From Parcubacteria group bacterium LiPW_41 (GTDB lineage: Bacteria; Patescibacteriota; Minisyncoccia; UBA6257; GWB1-50-10): a stretch of DNA of 64,000 bases. A model generated the notes under the pieces. It was not told where the DNA came from, did not search any database, and saw nothing but the letters and a program-made list of their open reading frames with translations. The DNA lies in the NCBI GenBank assembly GCA_007375535.1, contig VMEM01000004.1:22545-86544 (forward strand), in the 5' to 3' direction. How positions within the stretch are numbered: the first letter of the stretch is position 1; every line of letters starts with the position of its first letter. Position numbers and translations under genes: made by a program. Positions 39,802-49,023 of the stretch are shown here, one piece after another.

Positions 39802-40266
39802 GTGTGCTATAATATTCGTATGAGTATAAATAAAACAAATAAGGTCCTTCTCATTGTTATTATTATCCTTCTTGTATTACTTGCTGGGTTCGTAATTATA
39901 AAAGAAGTGATTGGGAAGCCTACATACACTGCTGTGTATTTAAAAACGGGCGATCTTTATTTTGGAAAATTGGTACGATTTCCATACTTTGGTTTGAAAG
40001 AGCCATATCTCTTGCAGGTAAACCAAGCGAACCAACAGAATCCATTAAGCGTTCAAAGATTTAAAAATGTGTTCTGGGGTCCATCAGATGTTTTGAAGAT
40101 AAATCGTTCCGAGGTTGTGTGGTATACAACACTTCGTGATGATAGTGATCTCGCAAAAGTATTTGTTCAGAATCCTGATCTTCTTCCTCAGCAGTCTGCG
40201 CAGCAACAAGCGCCAGTACAGCAGGCACCAGTTCAGCAAGCTCCAGCACAAGAAGAGAAAAAATAA
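39802..40266 (+). CDS. membrane-anchored hypothetical protein with C-terminal (QQAPV)n low-complexity tail
   Basis: TM anchor VLLIVIIILLVLLAGFVII; C-terminus QQQAPVQQAPVQQAPAQEEKK. Confidence 0.4.
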   Translation: MCYNIRMSINKTNKVLLIVIIILLVLLAGFVIIKEVIGKPTYTAVYLKTGDLYFGKLVRFPYFGLKEPYLLQVNQANQQNPLSVQRFKNVFWGPSDVLKINRSEVVWYTTLRDDSDLAKVFVQNPDLLPQQSAQQQAPVQQAPVQQAPAQEEKK

Positions 40267-40267
40267 T

Positions 40268-40299
40268 AAAAAAATCCGATGCGAGAGCATCGGATTTTT
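40268..40299 (+). terminator. intrinsic terminator
   Basis: aaaaaatccgatgcgagagcatcggattttt. Confidence 0.55.
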
Positions 40300-40752
40300 G
40301 TTATGATGATAGTAATGGTCAATGATAAATGCTTTTTAAAACGAGAGAGGGGACAGGCTACGCTTGCATTTATTATTCTCATTAGTGGACTTATTTTGGA
40401 AATTGCAGTCGCGGGCTCCTTTGTTACTTATTTTTTGAGCACCTCTGGTATGGGTGAGAGGCTCTCCGCCCGTGCTTTATCTGTTGCGTCTTCTGGGATA
40501 AGGGATGCGCAGATTCGTCTTGTTCGGCTCGGTTCTTTGTGTGGCGATCTCCAGCCGTATTCATTTAGCATTGATCAAGACACCGCAACTATTTCTTCGT
40601 CGCGTGCTACTGTTGGTGGAAATTGTGAATATACTATTACTGCATTGGGAGTAGCAGGAACGAGACAGCGAAAACTTGTTGCGGTATTATTAATGGATAC
40701 TACCACGGGACTTGCTGAATTGAGGTCGGTAAATGAACGTCCAGTTCAATAA
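40279..40752 (+). CDS. TadE/pseudopilin-like protein (putative pilus assembly)
   Basis: KRERGQATLAFIILISGLILEIAVAG resembles the TadE-like N-terminal motif (ERG..AVEFAL.hP.hh); start probably ~40306. Confidence 0.35.
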   Translation: MREHRIFVMMIVMVNDKCFLKRERGQATLAFIILISGLILEIAVAGSFVTYFLSTSGMGERLSARALSVASSGIRDAQIRLVRLGSLCGDLQPYSFSIDQDTATISSSRATVGGNCEYTITALGVAGTRQRKLVAVLLMDTTTGLAELRSVNERPVQ

Positions 40753-42248
40753 TGAATTTACAAATAACTCAACAAATAAAATATTTTCTTGAGCGGTTGA
40801 GTTCGAAACCAAATGTTGGTGGCCTTTTAATAACTGATTCTGCGTTGCTACATCTTTCAATAGAAGCGGGGAAAGTGCGACCACTTACAATAAAACTTCC
40901 TTATGGAATTATTCGAGAGGGACGCGTACTTGATATACAAAAATTTAAAGAAGCATTAACTCAATTGCATGGAGCATTATCAAACGATCCAAAAGTGATT
41001 GTTCCACTTACTATTATTCTTCCTTCCGCGGGGGTATATACGCAAAGTTTTACTGTTCCAAATATTGGAATGGATAAATTGAAAGAGTCTGCGAATCTAA
41101 ACATACAGATGATTTCTCCGATGTCTCCAGAACATGCATATATGAGTTGGCAGGTAGCGCGTGAGACACAAGATCAATTTGAACTTTTGGGGGCGTTTGT
41201 TGATAGATCATTTGTTGATGTGATTCGACATGCATTTGAGGAGTCGAGATTTTCTCCTGTTGCATTTGAGTTTCCTTCACTTTCGCTTTCTCGACTTATC
41301 GCTCTTGCAAATATAACCGGAGAAAAACCAGCGCTTCTTGTTAGTATTTCTTCTGATGGAATGAATTTGTCTATTATAAAAAACAAATCGTTGTATTTTG
41401 ATTACTTTAAATCATGGGGTTCGATTCAAGGAGATAAAAAAGAAATTACAAAAGATTATTTTGAGTCTGTAGTTGCTGAAGAGTTTCAGCGTGTTATGAA
41501 TTTTTCAACAAGCAAGTTTCGTGAGGCACCAGAACGAGTATTTCTTGTTACTCCTGGATTTGAGGAGGGGATGCAAAAATTTGTGCAGACACGCTTTGGT
41601 CTTCCTACTGTACTTTTTTCTATACCTTCGTGGAATATTTCTCCTTCGTGGTATGCAGTAATTGGGGCGGCACTGCGAGAGAACGCTTCGTATAAGTTTG
41701 GAGATGCTATTAATTTTATGCCGGTTAATTCGGGAGATTTCTTTCTTCGAGAACAAACAATACGTTTTATCTATTTGTGGAGAGGTATTTCTGTTGCGGT
41801 GTTGGGAATTTTATTTATTTTCTTCGCGGGAAGCGCATATATTATCGGAAATGAACTTTCGAAAACAAGAAGTCATCTTGCGATATTCAGTGCAAATGTA
41901 CCAAAAGAAGAACTTGCCCGTCTTGAGGGAGATGTAAAAACATTTAATTTATTAGTAAAAAATATTGGTGCCGTTGAATCAACAAAAAAACAATGGCCAC
42001 TATTCTTTGAGAGAATTGAAAAACTTACAAAAGCAAATGGAATTGTTATTGATAAGTTAGAAGTAGGGAATGTAAACGATCCAATTTCTATGCTTGCACA
42101 CGGAGTAGACACTAATGCAATTGTTGATTTCAAAAATGTTCTTGCTAAAGAAAAGGGATTTTCTAGTGTTGATCTTCTCGTTTCTCAAATTGCGACGAGA
42201 GAGGATGGGTCTGTTGGTTTCCAAATATCATTCAAGTTTTCTCAATAA
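40752..42248 (+). CDS. PilM/PilN-like fusion protein (type IV pilus assembly, actin-like ATPase fold + TM + periplasmic part)
   Basis: N-terminal VGGLLITDSALLHLSIEAGKVRPL..KLPYGIIREGRVLD resembles PilM; single TM (ISVAVLGILFIFFAGSAYIIG) followed by a PilN/O-like periplasmic region. Confidence 0.4.
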   Translation: MNLQITQQIKYFLERLSSKPNVGGLLITDSALLHLSIEAGKVRPLTIKLPYGIIREGRVLDIQKFKEALTQLHGALSNDPKVIVPLTIILPSAGVYTQSFTVPNIGMDKLKESANLNIQMISPMSPEHAYMSWQVARETQDQFELLGAFVDRSFVDVIRHAFEESRFSPVAFEFPSLSLSRLIALANITGEKPALLVSISSDGMNLSIIKNKSLYFDYFKSWGSIQGDKKEITKDYFESVVAEEFQRVMNFSTSKFREAPERVFLVTPGFEEGMQKFVQTRFGLPTVLFSIPSWNISPSWYAVIGAALRENASYKFGDAINFMPVNSGDFFLREQTIRFIYLWRGISVAVLGILFIFFAGSAYIIGNELSKTRSHLAIFSANVPKEELARLEGDVKTFNLLVKNIGAVESTKKQWPLFFERIEKLTKANGIVIDKLEVGNVNDPISMLAHGVDTNAIVDFKNVLAKEKGFSSVDLLVSQIATREDGSVGFQISFKFSQ

Positions 42249-42273
42249 AAAATCCCCACACTGTGGGGATTTT
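42246..42273. terminator. bidirectional intrinsic terminator
   Basis: aaaaaatccccacactgtggggatttt between convergent genes. Confidence 0.6.
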
Positions 42274-42808
42274 ATAATAGAAGAAATTTTTCTAGAGTAT
42301 TAGTACTCGATTTTAAAATTTCTTTTTCTTTCTCCTGTATTCGGGAAAGAACAAATGATTCTGCTTTTATTCTCTTTCCTTCAATTTTTTCTTCTTTTCG
42401 TATCCCTACACGAAATCTCCAAAACTCCTCAGTTCCCAATGTTTGTACAATTGATTTGATTCCGTTATGTCCTGCATCTCCTCTTCCGAAATGAAGTTTT
42501 GTTGTCCCCAGTGAAAGATCTGCATCGTCGTGGACGATGAGGAGTGACTGTGGTTGTAGTTTGAAATAGGTGAGTGCGTCTTGTATTGCTATTCCTGATT
42601 CATTCATAAATGTGTGTGGAACAATAAAAATAAATTGCCCCATCTTTGTGTATGAAAATGAGTGTTTTGGAGAGGAAAACGATTGTGCGCCAACAATTTC
42701 TTTCACTATTAATTGTCCTGCATTATGGAACGTGTCGTGATATTCTTCTCCAGGGTTTCCAAGTCCTGCAATGAGCGATATAGTGTGAGGGTTGAACTCT
42801 ATAGTCAT
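42272..42808 (-). CDS. pth: peptidyl-tRNA hydrolase
   Basis: LIAGLGNPG..Y..T.HNAG, VHDDADLSLG, HNGIKSI motifs. Confidence 0.85.
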   Translation of the reverse strand: MTIEFNPHTISLIAGLGNPGEEYHDTFHNAGQLIVKEIVGAQSFSSPKHSFSYTKMGQFIFIVPHTFMNESGIAIQDALTYFKLQPQSLLIVHDDADLSLGTTKLHFGRGDAGHNGIKSIVQTLGTEEFWRFRVGIRKEEKIEGKRIKAESFVLSRIQEKEKEILKSSTNTLEKFLLL

Positions 42809-42863
42809 CTTGAGTAAAATTATCGCATACTAAGAGTTAATTCGCTACATACCTACTATATAC

Positions 42864-43406
42864 ATGAGAAAATTTTTTTGGTCTTTATTTGAAGTCGTTG
42901 AAACAGTTGCGGTTGCGGTTATTGCTGTTATATTGGTGCGAACATTTATTGCTCAACCATTTTTAGTAAGTGGATCGAGTATGGAGCCGAATTTTAAAGA
43001 CGGAGATTATTTATTAGTTGATGAACTTGCATATCGATTTAGAGAGCCAGTACGAGGTGAGGTGGTTGTGTTTAAGTATCCGGGCGATCACAAGACGTAT
43101 TATATTAAACGAATTATTGGCCTTCCTGGTGAGCGAGTAGTCGTAAAGGGTGAATCGGTTGTAGTATATGGAGTAGATGGAGAAAAAATTGAGCTGAAGG
43201 AATCCTATATCAGGGAAATGAGTATACAAAAAGATGTTGATGAAAAACTCTCAGAGAACGAATTTTTTGTGATGGGTGATAACAGAGATTTTAGTTATGA
43301 TTCGCGTTCATGGGGGGCATTAACACGAGGAGATGTGACGGGGGTGGTAAAGTTGCGATTGTGGCCATTTAGTTCGGTGGACACATTTAAACCAGCAACA
43401 TATTAA
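42864..43406 (+). CDS. lepB: signal peptidase I
   Basis: GSSMEPNF (catalytic Ser), GDNRDFSYDSRSWG box E. Confidence 0.85.
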   Translation: MRKFFWSLFEVVETVAVAVIAVILVRTFIAQPFLVSGSSMEPNFKDGDYLLVDELAYRFREPVRGEVVVFKYPGDHKTYYIKRIIGLPGERVVVKGESVVVYGVDGEKIELKESYIREMSIQKDVDEKLSENEFFVMGDNRDFSYDSRSWGALTRGDVTGVVKLRLWPFSSVDTFKPATY

Positions 43407-43411
43407 TTTAT

Positions 43412-44698
43412 ATGCAAACAAAAAAACAAAAAACTACAAAATCATCACAGGATATTGTGAGTATTTCTGGAATGAAAGATGTTCATCCAAAAGATGGGGA
43501 GTGGTGGAGATCAATTCTTGATGCAGGACATTCAGTGGCAGATATTTTTGATTTTGCATACATTGAAACTCCAGTTGTTGAAAACGCTGACCTTTTTTTA
43601 AAAAGTGCGGGTACGGGAGCTGGAAAAGAACAAGCAGAAAAAAAACTATTTAGAATTGATACAAAAGAAGGGAAGTTAGCACTTCGTTCAGATCTTTCTG
43701 CTCCAGTACTTCGAAGTTATGTTGAGCATCGTCTTGGATATTTTTCTTCTCCACTTCGTGTGTTTCACTATGGTCCAGTATTTCGAAATGGAAAACTAAA
43801 GGACGGATGTGAGCGTGAGGTAAAACAATGGGGATTTGATATTGTGGGTGATAATGATGCGGTGTATGACGTTCAGGTGATGCTTGCGGCGATTGGAATG
43901 TTAAAACAATTACGATTTACTGAACTTAAAGTAAAAATAAACACGATGGGGTGTAAGGTTTGTAGAAATAATTATCGTGACAAACTCAAGGCATATTTGA
44001 AGAAACAAAAGTTGTGTGAGGATTGCAAAGAGACAGTCGATGTAAACCCAATGCATTGTTTCTTGTGTGAAGAAAATTCATGTAAGGCGTTGCGTGCTGA
44101 TGCTCCAATTATTCTTGATTTTCTTTGTCAGGGATGTAACAACCATTTTAAATCAGTACTCGAATTTGTTGAGGAAAACGGAATTTCATATGAACCCGAT
44201 CCTTATTTTGTGCGTGAAAAAGATTACTACAATCGCACTGTATTTGAAATTGTTTCAGGAAATGATCCACTCTCTCTTGCGGGTGGGGGACGATATGATT
44301 ATCTTGCTGAGTTATTATTTGGAAAAACCATTCATGGAGTTGGGGTAGCATTAAGTTTGCATCGAGTGATGGAGCGGATGAAATTTAAAGGACTTCATCC
44401 ACAAAAAAAAGAAAAACCAAAAGCGTTTTTCATTGCGGTGGGAGAGCAGGCTAAAAAAATGAGCGTGCGACTTATCAACGAACTTCGCAGTGCGGGCATT
44501 CCTGTTGCTGAAGAGTTGGGAAAGAAGACATTACGATTACAATTGAAGGCTGCAGAAAAAGAGGCGGGAGTTGCCCTTATTGTTGGGCAAAAAGAAGCAT
44601 TTGAAGGAACGGTCATGATTCGTAATATAAAAACAGGAGCGCAAGAAACGCTTATTGCTCAGAAACTACCTGAGCAGGTAAAGAAGTGGCTTAAGTAA
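43412..44698 (+). CDS. hisS: histidine--tRNA ligase (with inserted Cys-rich zinc-ribbon-like segment)
   Basis: class II aaRS motifs (FRNGKLKDGCEREVKQWGFDIVG; GGGRYD), C-terminal anticodon-binding domain; extra CKVC...CEDC...CFLC...C insertion. Confidence 0.9.
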   Translation: MQTKKQKTTKSSQDIVSISGMKDVHPKDGEWWRSILDAGHSVADIFDFAYIETPVVENADLFLKSAGTGAGKEQAEKKLFRIDTKEGKLALRSDLSAPVLRSYVEHRLGYFSSPLRVFHYGPVFRNGKLKDGCEREVKQWGFDIVGDNDAVYDVQVMLAAIGMLKQLRFTELKVKINTMGCKVCRNNYRDKLKAYLKKQKLCEDCKETVDVNPMHCFLCEENSCKALRADAPIILDFLCQGCNNHFKSVLEFVEENGISYEPDPYFVREKDYYNRTVFEIVSGNDPLSLAGGGRYDYLAELLFGKTIHGVGVALSLHRVMERMKFKGLHPQKKEKPKAFFIAVGEQAKKMSVRLINELRSAGIPVAEELGKKTLRLQLKAAEKEAGVALIVGQKEAFEGTVMIRNIKTGAQETLIAQKLPEQVKKWLK

Positions 44699-44703
44699 TT
44701 ATT

Positions 44704-45123
44704 ATGGATTGTATTTTTTGTAAGATTGCAAAAAAAGAAATAGACGCGCATATAGTGTTTGAAGATGCATCAGTTGTTGCCTTTTTAGATATTCATCCTT
44801 TATCTCTTGGGCATACTGTGCTTGTACCCAAAACACACGTAGAAAATATCATTGAACTTCCAAGTGAATTGGTGAGCCCAGTATTTTCGGGTGTTCGTGG
44901 GGTTGCAAGCATGATAAAGACCTCTCTACATCCCGATGGATTTACCATTGGAATTAATCATGGAAAGTGGGCAGGACAGGATATGGATCATCTCCATATA
45001 CACATTATTCCCCGATGGAAGGATGACAAAGGAAAATCAATTCATAGTGTTGTTCAGAATCCACCAACAGAATCGTTGACAGAAACAAAAAATCGCATTA
45101 TAAATAACGAGCATGGCAATTGA
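44704..45123 (+). CDS. HIT-family (histidine triad) hydrolase
   Basis: CIFCKI..., HLHIHIIPR histidine triad. Confidence 0.8.
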   Translation: MDCIFCKIAKKEIDAHIVFEDASVVAFLDIHPLSLGHTVLVPKTHVENIIELPSELVSPVFSGVRGVASMIKTSLHPDGFTIGINHGKWAGQDMDHLHIHIIPRWKDDKGKSIHSVVQNPPTESLTETKNRIINNEHGN

Positions 45124-45328
45124 AGCAAGAAAAAGAGAAGGAGAGGCAGCAAACTCACTTATCTATCGGTTTAATCGAAAGGTACAGCAAAGCGGTTTGG
45201 TAAAAGAAACACGCAAGCGTACATTCACGACTAGAACTGCAAATAAAACTAAGCGACGTGCATCTGCACTTTACCGAATCGAGAAGCGATCTGAGATGGC
45301 AAAGGTAAAGAAGTACGGACACAAATAA
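45113..45328 (+). CDS. rpsU: 30S ribosomal protein S21
   Basis: 71-aa very basic protein; SLIYRFNRKVQQSGLVKETRKR pattern of bS21. Confidence 0.6.
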   Translation: MAIEARKREGEAANSLIYRFNRKVQQSGLVKETRKRTFTTRTANKTKRRASALYRIEKRSEMAKVKKYGHK

Positions 45329-45341
45329 TTTTTTTATTATT

Positions 45342-45800
45342 ATGCCGACGCAAGAGATAATTCATAAAGAGTATGCAGAGGCGTTGAAGGCAAGAAATAT
45401 GAGCGTTGTTGAGACGCTCAGATTACTTTTGGCTGCATTAAAAAATAGAGAGATTGAGAAAAAAGGAAAAACAGGAGATTCAGAACTTACCGAAGAAGAG
45501 GTTGTTGAGGTGGTAACTCGTGAAGTGAAAAAGCGACGTGAAGCGATTGAATTATATACAAAAGGAAACAGAAATGATCTTGTAGAAAAGGAACAAAAAG
45601 AACTTGTTATTATTGAGAAATTTCTTCCTCCACAAATGGATGAAGCAGAAGTAAGAATTATTGTTCAAAAACAAATAGAGGCGATGGGTAACCCACCAGC
45701 ATCAGACTTCGGAAAAGTGATGGGACCTATCATGAAAGACTTAAAAGGGAAGGTAGATGGAACGGTGGTAACAAAAATAATAAAAGAACTTTTAAAATAA
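45342..45800 (+). CDS. GatB/YqeY-domain protein
   Basis: EALKARNMSVVETLRLLLAALKNREIEK matches the YqeY family. Confidence 0.7.
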   Translation: MPTQEIIHKEYAEALKARNMSVVETLRLLLAALKNREIEKKGKTGDSELTEEEVVEVVTREVKKRREAIELYTKGNRNDLVEKEQKELVIIEKFLPPQMDEAEVRIIVQKQIEAMGNPPASDFGKVMGPIMKDLKGKVDGTVVTKIIKELLK

Positions 45801-45858
45801 AACTCTCGCATTAGCGGGAGCTTTGTTTTAATGCAGATCTCTTTTTTTTGAGGTACAA

Positions 45859-46278
45859 TTGGATTATATGGAATTGGTGGAACTTTTTGTCTCAAAAAAA
45901 GAATATGTTGGATATGCTTCAGTTGCTCAAAACGCGTGCAAAAAAGTATTTAAGAAGCTAAAAAAAAGAGGAGCTATCGAGCTTCATCTTATTACTAATG
46001 GTGAGATGCGAACAATAAATAATGTAACCAGAGGAAAAAACAAAACAACCAACGTCTTGAGTTTTGAGGCCTTAGGATTTCCGCGTGCGGATAAAAAAAA
46101 CTATCTTGGGGAGGTATATTTGGCTCCTGATTTCATCAAAAAACAGAAACAGGATATTGAACTTCTTGCGGTCCACGGAACACTGCATTTGTTGGGATAC
46201 ACGCATGAAGAAAAACGTGATAGGATAGTAATGGAAAGAGTTGAAGACGAGATTCTTTCTTTTATTGTTAAGTCTTAA
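45859..46278 (+). CDS. ybeY: rRNA maturation RNase YbeY
   Basis: HGTLHLLGYTHE zinc-binding motif (H..H....H). Confidence 0.8.
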   Translation: MDYMELVELFVSKKEYVGYASVAQNACKKVFKKLKKRGAIELHLITNGEMRTINNVTRGKNKTTNVLSFEALGFPRADKKNYLGEVYLAPDFIKKQKQDIELLAVHGTLHLLGYTHEEKRDRIVMERVEDEILSFIVKS

Positions 46279-46334
46279 ATTCTTCGAATCACGAATATGT
46301 GCTGCGCAGAGTTTAGGATTTTTTATATCTACCA

Positions 46335-47561
46335 ATGGCAACAATTATTACAAGCTTAGATATTGGATCATCGCAAGTGAAGGGGGTTGTGGCAACTCCA
46401 AAAAAAGATGGAACACTTTCAGTGATTACTGCATTCAAACAACCATCCCAAGGATTTAAACGTGGGGTGCTTACTGATGTTGAAGATGCGGGGCAATGTT
46501 TGCGAAGTATCACACAAGATCTTGAACGTATTTCAAAAAATGCGACAAAGAATGTTTTTTTAAATTTTTCTAGTGAACAAGTGTGGTCAAGGATGTCGCG
46601 TGGTATTGTTGCTGTTGCTCGTGCTGATCAAGAGATCCAACAAGATGATGTTGATAGAGTAGTACAAGCATCTCGTGCAATTAAGTTAGCAAATAATAAA
46701 TTAGTTTTGCATAATGTGGTGAGAGAATTTTTTGTTGATGATGTTGGTGATATTGCAGATCCTTTAGGAATGACGGGAAATCGATTAGAAGTGAGCACGC
46801 TTATTGTTGAAGCGTTTGCTCCTCATGTAAATATTTTATTAAAAAATGCAGAGCGTGCAGGACTCACTGTGGGTGGAGTTATCTTTAATCCGCTTGCATC
46901 AGCACACGTATCGTTGTCAAAACGACAAAAAGATCTTGGCGTCTTACTTATTGATTTTGGATTTGGAACCACCACGATAGCGGTATATGAAGAAGGAAAA
47001 GTACTTCATACACGTTGTATTCCAATTGGTATGGGGTATGTTACTAATGATATTGCGATTGGGTTTACTACCTCAATTGCAATTGCCGAAAAATTGAAAA
47101 CAGGATATGGATATGCAATTGCACGCACGATACCAAAAAAAGAGGCAATCAATCTTTCAGACTTAGATCCTTCGGCACATGGAGAAATTTCAAAGAGATT
47201 CCTTTGTGAAATAATTGAGGCTCGTTTAGAACAAATAATTGATGTAGTAAGTAAGGACCTTGCAACACTCGGAAGGACGGTTCAGCTTCCTGGTGGAGTA
47301 GTAATAACGGGTGGAGGAGTGAAATTACCCGGTCTTACTGAATATATTCGCGAAAAACTTCGCCTTCCTACTCAAGTGGGATTCCCTGATCTTACTCCGT
47401 TTGAAATCACCACTCCGACGTATCACGATTTATTAGATGATCCTGAGTTTTCAAGTGCTCTTGGCTTGTTATTGTGGGGGGTAAGTCAAGAAAAGAAGGA
47501 GGTGTGGGGGTCGGAATTTTCTGACAAGGTAAAGTCATTTATGAAGAATTTAATTCCATAA
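46335..47561 (+). CDS. ftsA: cell division protein FtsA
   Basis: actin-fold N-terminus IITSLDIGSSQVKGVVA; ftsA-ftsZ gene order. Confidence 0.85.
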   Translation: MATIITSLDIGSSQVKGVVATPKKDGTLSVITAFKQPSQGFKRGVLTDVEDAGQCLRSITQDLERISKNATKNVFLNFSSEQVWSRMSRGIVAVARADQEIQQDDVDRVVQASRAIKLANNKLVLHNVVREFFVDDVGDIADPLGMTGNRLEVSTLIVEAFAPHVNILLKNAERAGLTVGGVIFNPLASAHVSLSKRQKDLGVLLIDFGFGTTTIAVYEEGKVLHTRCIPIGMGYVTNDIAIGFTTSIAIAEKLKTGYGYAIARTIPKKEAINLSDLDPSAHGEISKRFLCEIIEARLEQIIDVVSKDLATLGRTVQLPGGVVITGGGVKLPGLTEYIREKLRLPTQVGFPDLTPFEITTPTYHDLLDDPEFSSALGLLLWGVSQEKKEVWGSEFSDKVKSFMKNLIP

Positions 47562-47614
47562 AATTGTGTAGAAAGAGAGAGTGTGGTACTAATAAATAAT
47601 ACGAATTTTGAACA

Positions 47615-48832
47615 ATGAAGAAAAAAGCAACAAAATCAAAAGCATCAAAGGGAGTTGAGGAAAAAATTCCAAAAACACAAAAGACAGTAAAAAAGTCTTC
47701 TGTACAACCAGCGAAAATAAAAGTAATTGGTGTTGGAGGTGGGGGAGGAAATGCAATTTCTCGAATGATGGAATCTCCAGATCGTGTTCGTGGTGTTGAG
47801 TTCATTGCAGTAAATACTGATGCACAAGATCTTGATTTTGTTTCAGCACATCGCAAAGTTTATATTGGAAAGGCATTAACTCGTGGACTTGGTGCGGGAA
47901 TGAATCCAGAAGTTGGAAAGCAAGCAGCGGAGGAAAACCGTTCTGAGATTGGGGAGTTGATTGATGGAGCAGATATTGTTTTTGTGACTGCGGGTTTTGG
48001 TGGTGGAACAGGAACTGGTGCTGCGCCCGTAGTGGCAGAAGTTGCAAAAGAAAAAGGAATACTCACTATTGGAATTGTTACAAAACCGTTTATGTTTGAA
48101 GGTTCGCAGCGCACACAAATTGCACAAGAAGGAATAACTCGTTTGAAGGACAAAGTAGATGCATTAGTGGTAATTCCAAATGATAGAATTTTTAGTTTGA
48201 TAGACAAAGAAACTTCAATGGCGAAAGCGTTTGGATTTATTGATGAAGTTCTTAAAAATGGAGTTCAATCACTTGCTGAACTTATCAATACTCCTGGTCT
48301 TATTAACGTTGATTTTGCTGATGTTCGAGCAACACTTAAGGATGCAGGAACCACACTTATTGGTATTGGTTTGGGATCGGGAACCGAAAGAGCAAGCAAA
48401 GCGATACAATCAGCGCTCAATTCACCACTTCTTGAAATTTCAATTGATGGTGCGCGTAGTGTGTTATTCAGTATTGCGGGTGGGAAGGATATAAAAATGG
48501 CAGAGGTACATGAGATAGCAAGCGCGGTATCGTCTGGACTTGATGCAAATGCAAGAGTTATCTTTGGGTCTTATTATGATAGGAGCTTAAAGGATAAGAG
48601 TATTAAGGTTACTGTGATTGCTACTGGGTTTAATGGTGTCTTTTCGCAGAGAATGATAGCGCCAACTCTCTTTATGACCGAAGAAATTCCTAAAGTCTCA
48701 CACCACGAGAGTCAAAAACAGGAAGAAATAAAGGAAAAGCCAAAAACTTCTGAGGAAAAACAAAGAACTCAAGAAAGCGAGGGAGAAGAGGAGTGGGAAA
48801 TACCGGCATTTTTAAGAAAAAAGAAGAAATAA
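47615..48832 (+). CDS. ftsZ: cell division protein FtsZ
   Basis: tubulin signature GGGTGTG(AAPVVA); VIGVGGGGGNAISRM; NTDAQDL. Confidence 0.95.
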   Translation: MKKKATKSKASKGVEEKIPKTQKTVKKSSVQPAKIKVIGVGGGGGNAISRMMESPDRVRGVEFIAVNTDAQDLDFVSAHRKVYIGKALTRGLGAGMNPEVGKQAAEENRSEIGELIDGADIVFVTAGFGGGTGTGAAPVVAEVAKEKGILTIGIVTKPFMFEGSQRTQIAQEGITRLKDKVDALVVIPNDRIFSLIDKETSMAKAFGFIDEVLKNGVQSLAELINTPGLINVDFADVRATLKDAGTTLIGIGLGSGTERASKAIQSALNSPLLEISIDGARSVLFSIAGGKDIKMAEVHEIASAVSSGLDANARVIFGSYYDRSLKDKSIKVTVIATGFNGVFSQRMIAPTLFMTEEIPKVSHHESQKQEEIKEKPKTSEEKQRTQESEGEEEWEIPAFLRKKKK

Positions 48833-48839
48833 ACAAGAA

Positions 48840-48878
48840 AATCCTTGAAAAAATACATTTTCAAGGATTTTTTTAACA
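48840..48878 (+). terminator. intrinsic terminator
   Basis: aatccttgaaaa-aatac-attttcaaggatt + T7. Confidence 0.55.
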
Positions 48879-49023
48879 AAAAACACATCTTTTGATTTTT
48901 TGTGGGGAAAATAATAATTTAGATTACAATATCTCTAGACAAGGTGGACAGTTCGTCCAGTTCTTTATGTTGTTAGGGAGTTGTGAACATAGCGCATATT
49001 TATACCTGTGATAGAGTGAGTGC

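Noticed and set aside
47539-48207. minus-strand ORFs overlapping the ftsA end and ftsZ
   Set aside because: They are antisense to conserved division genes.
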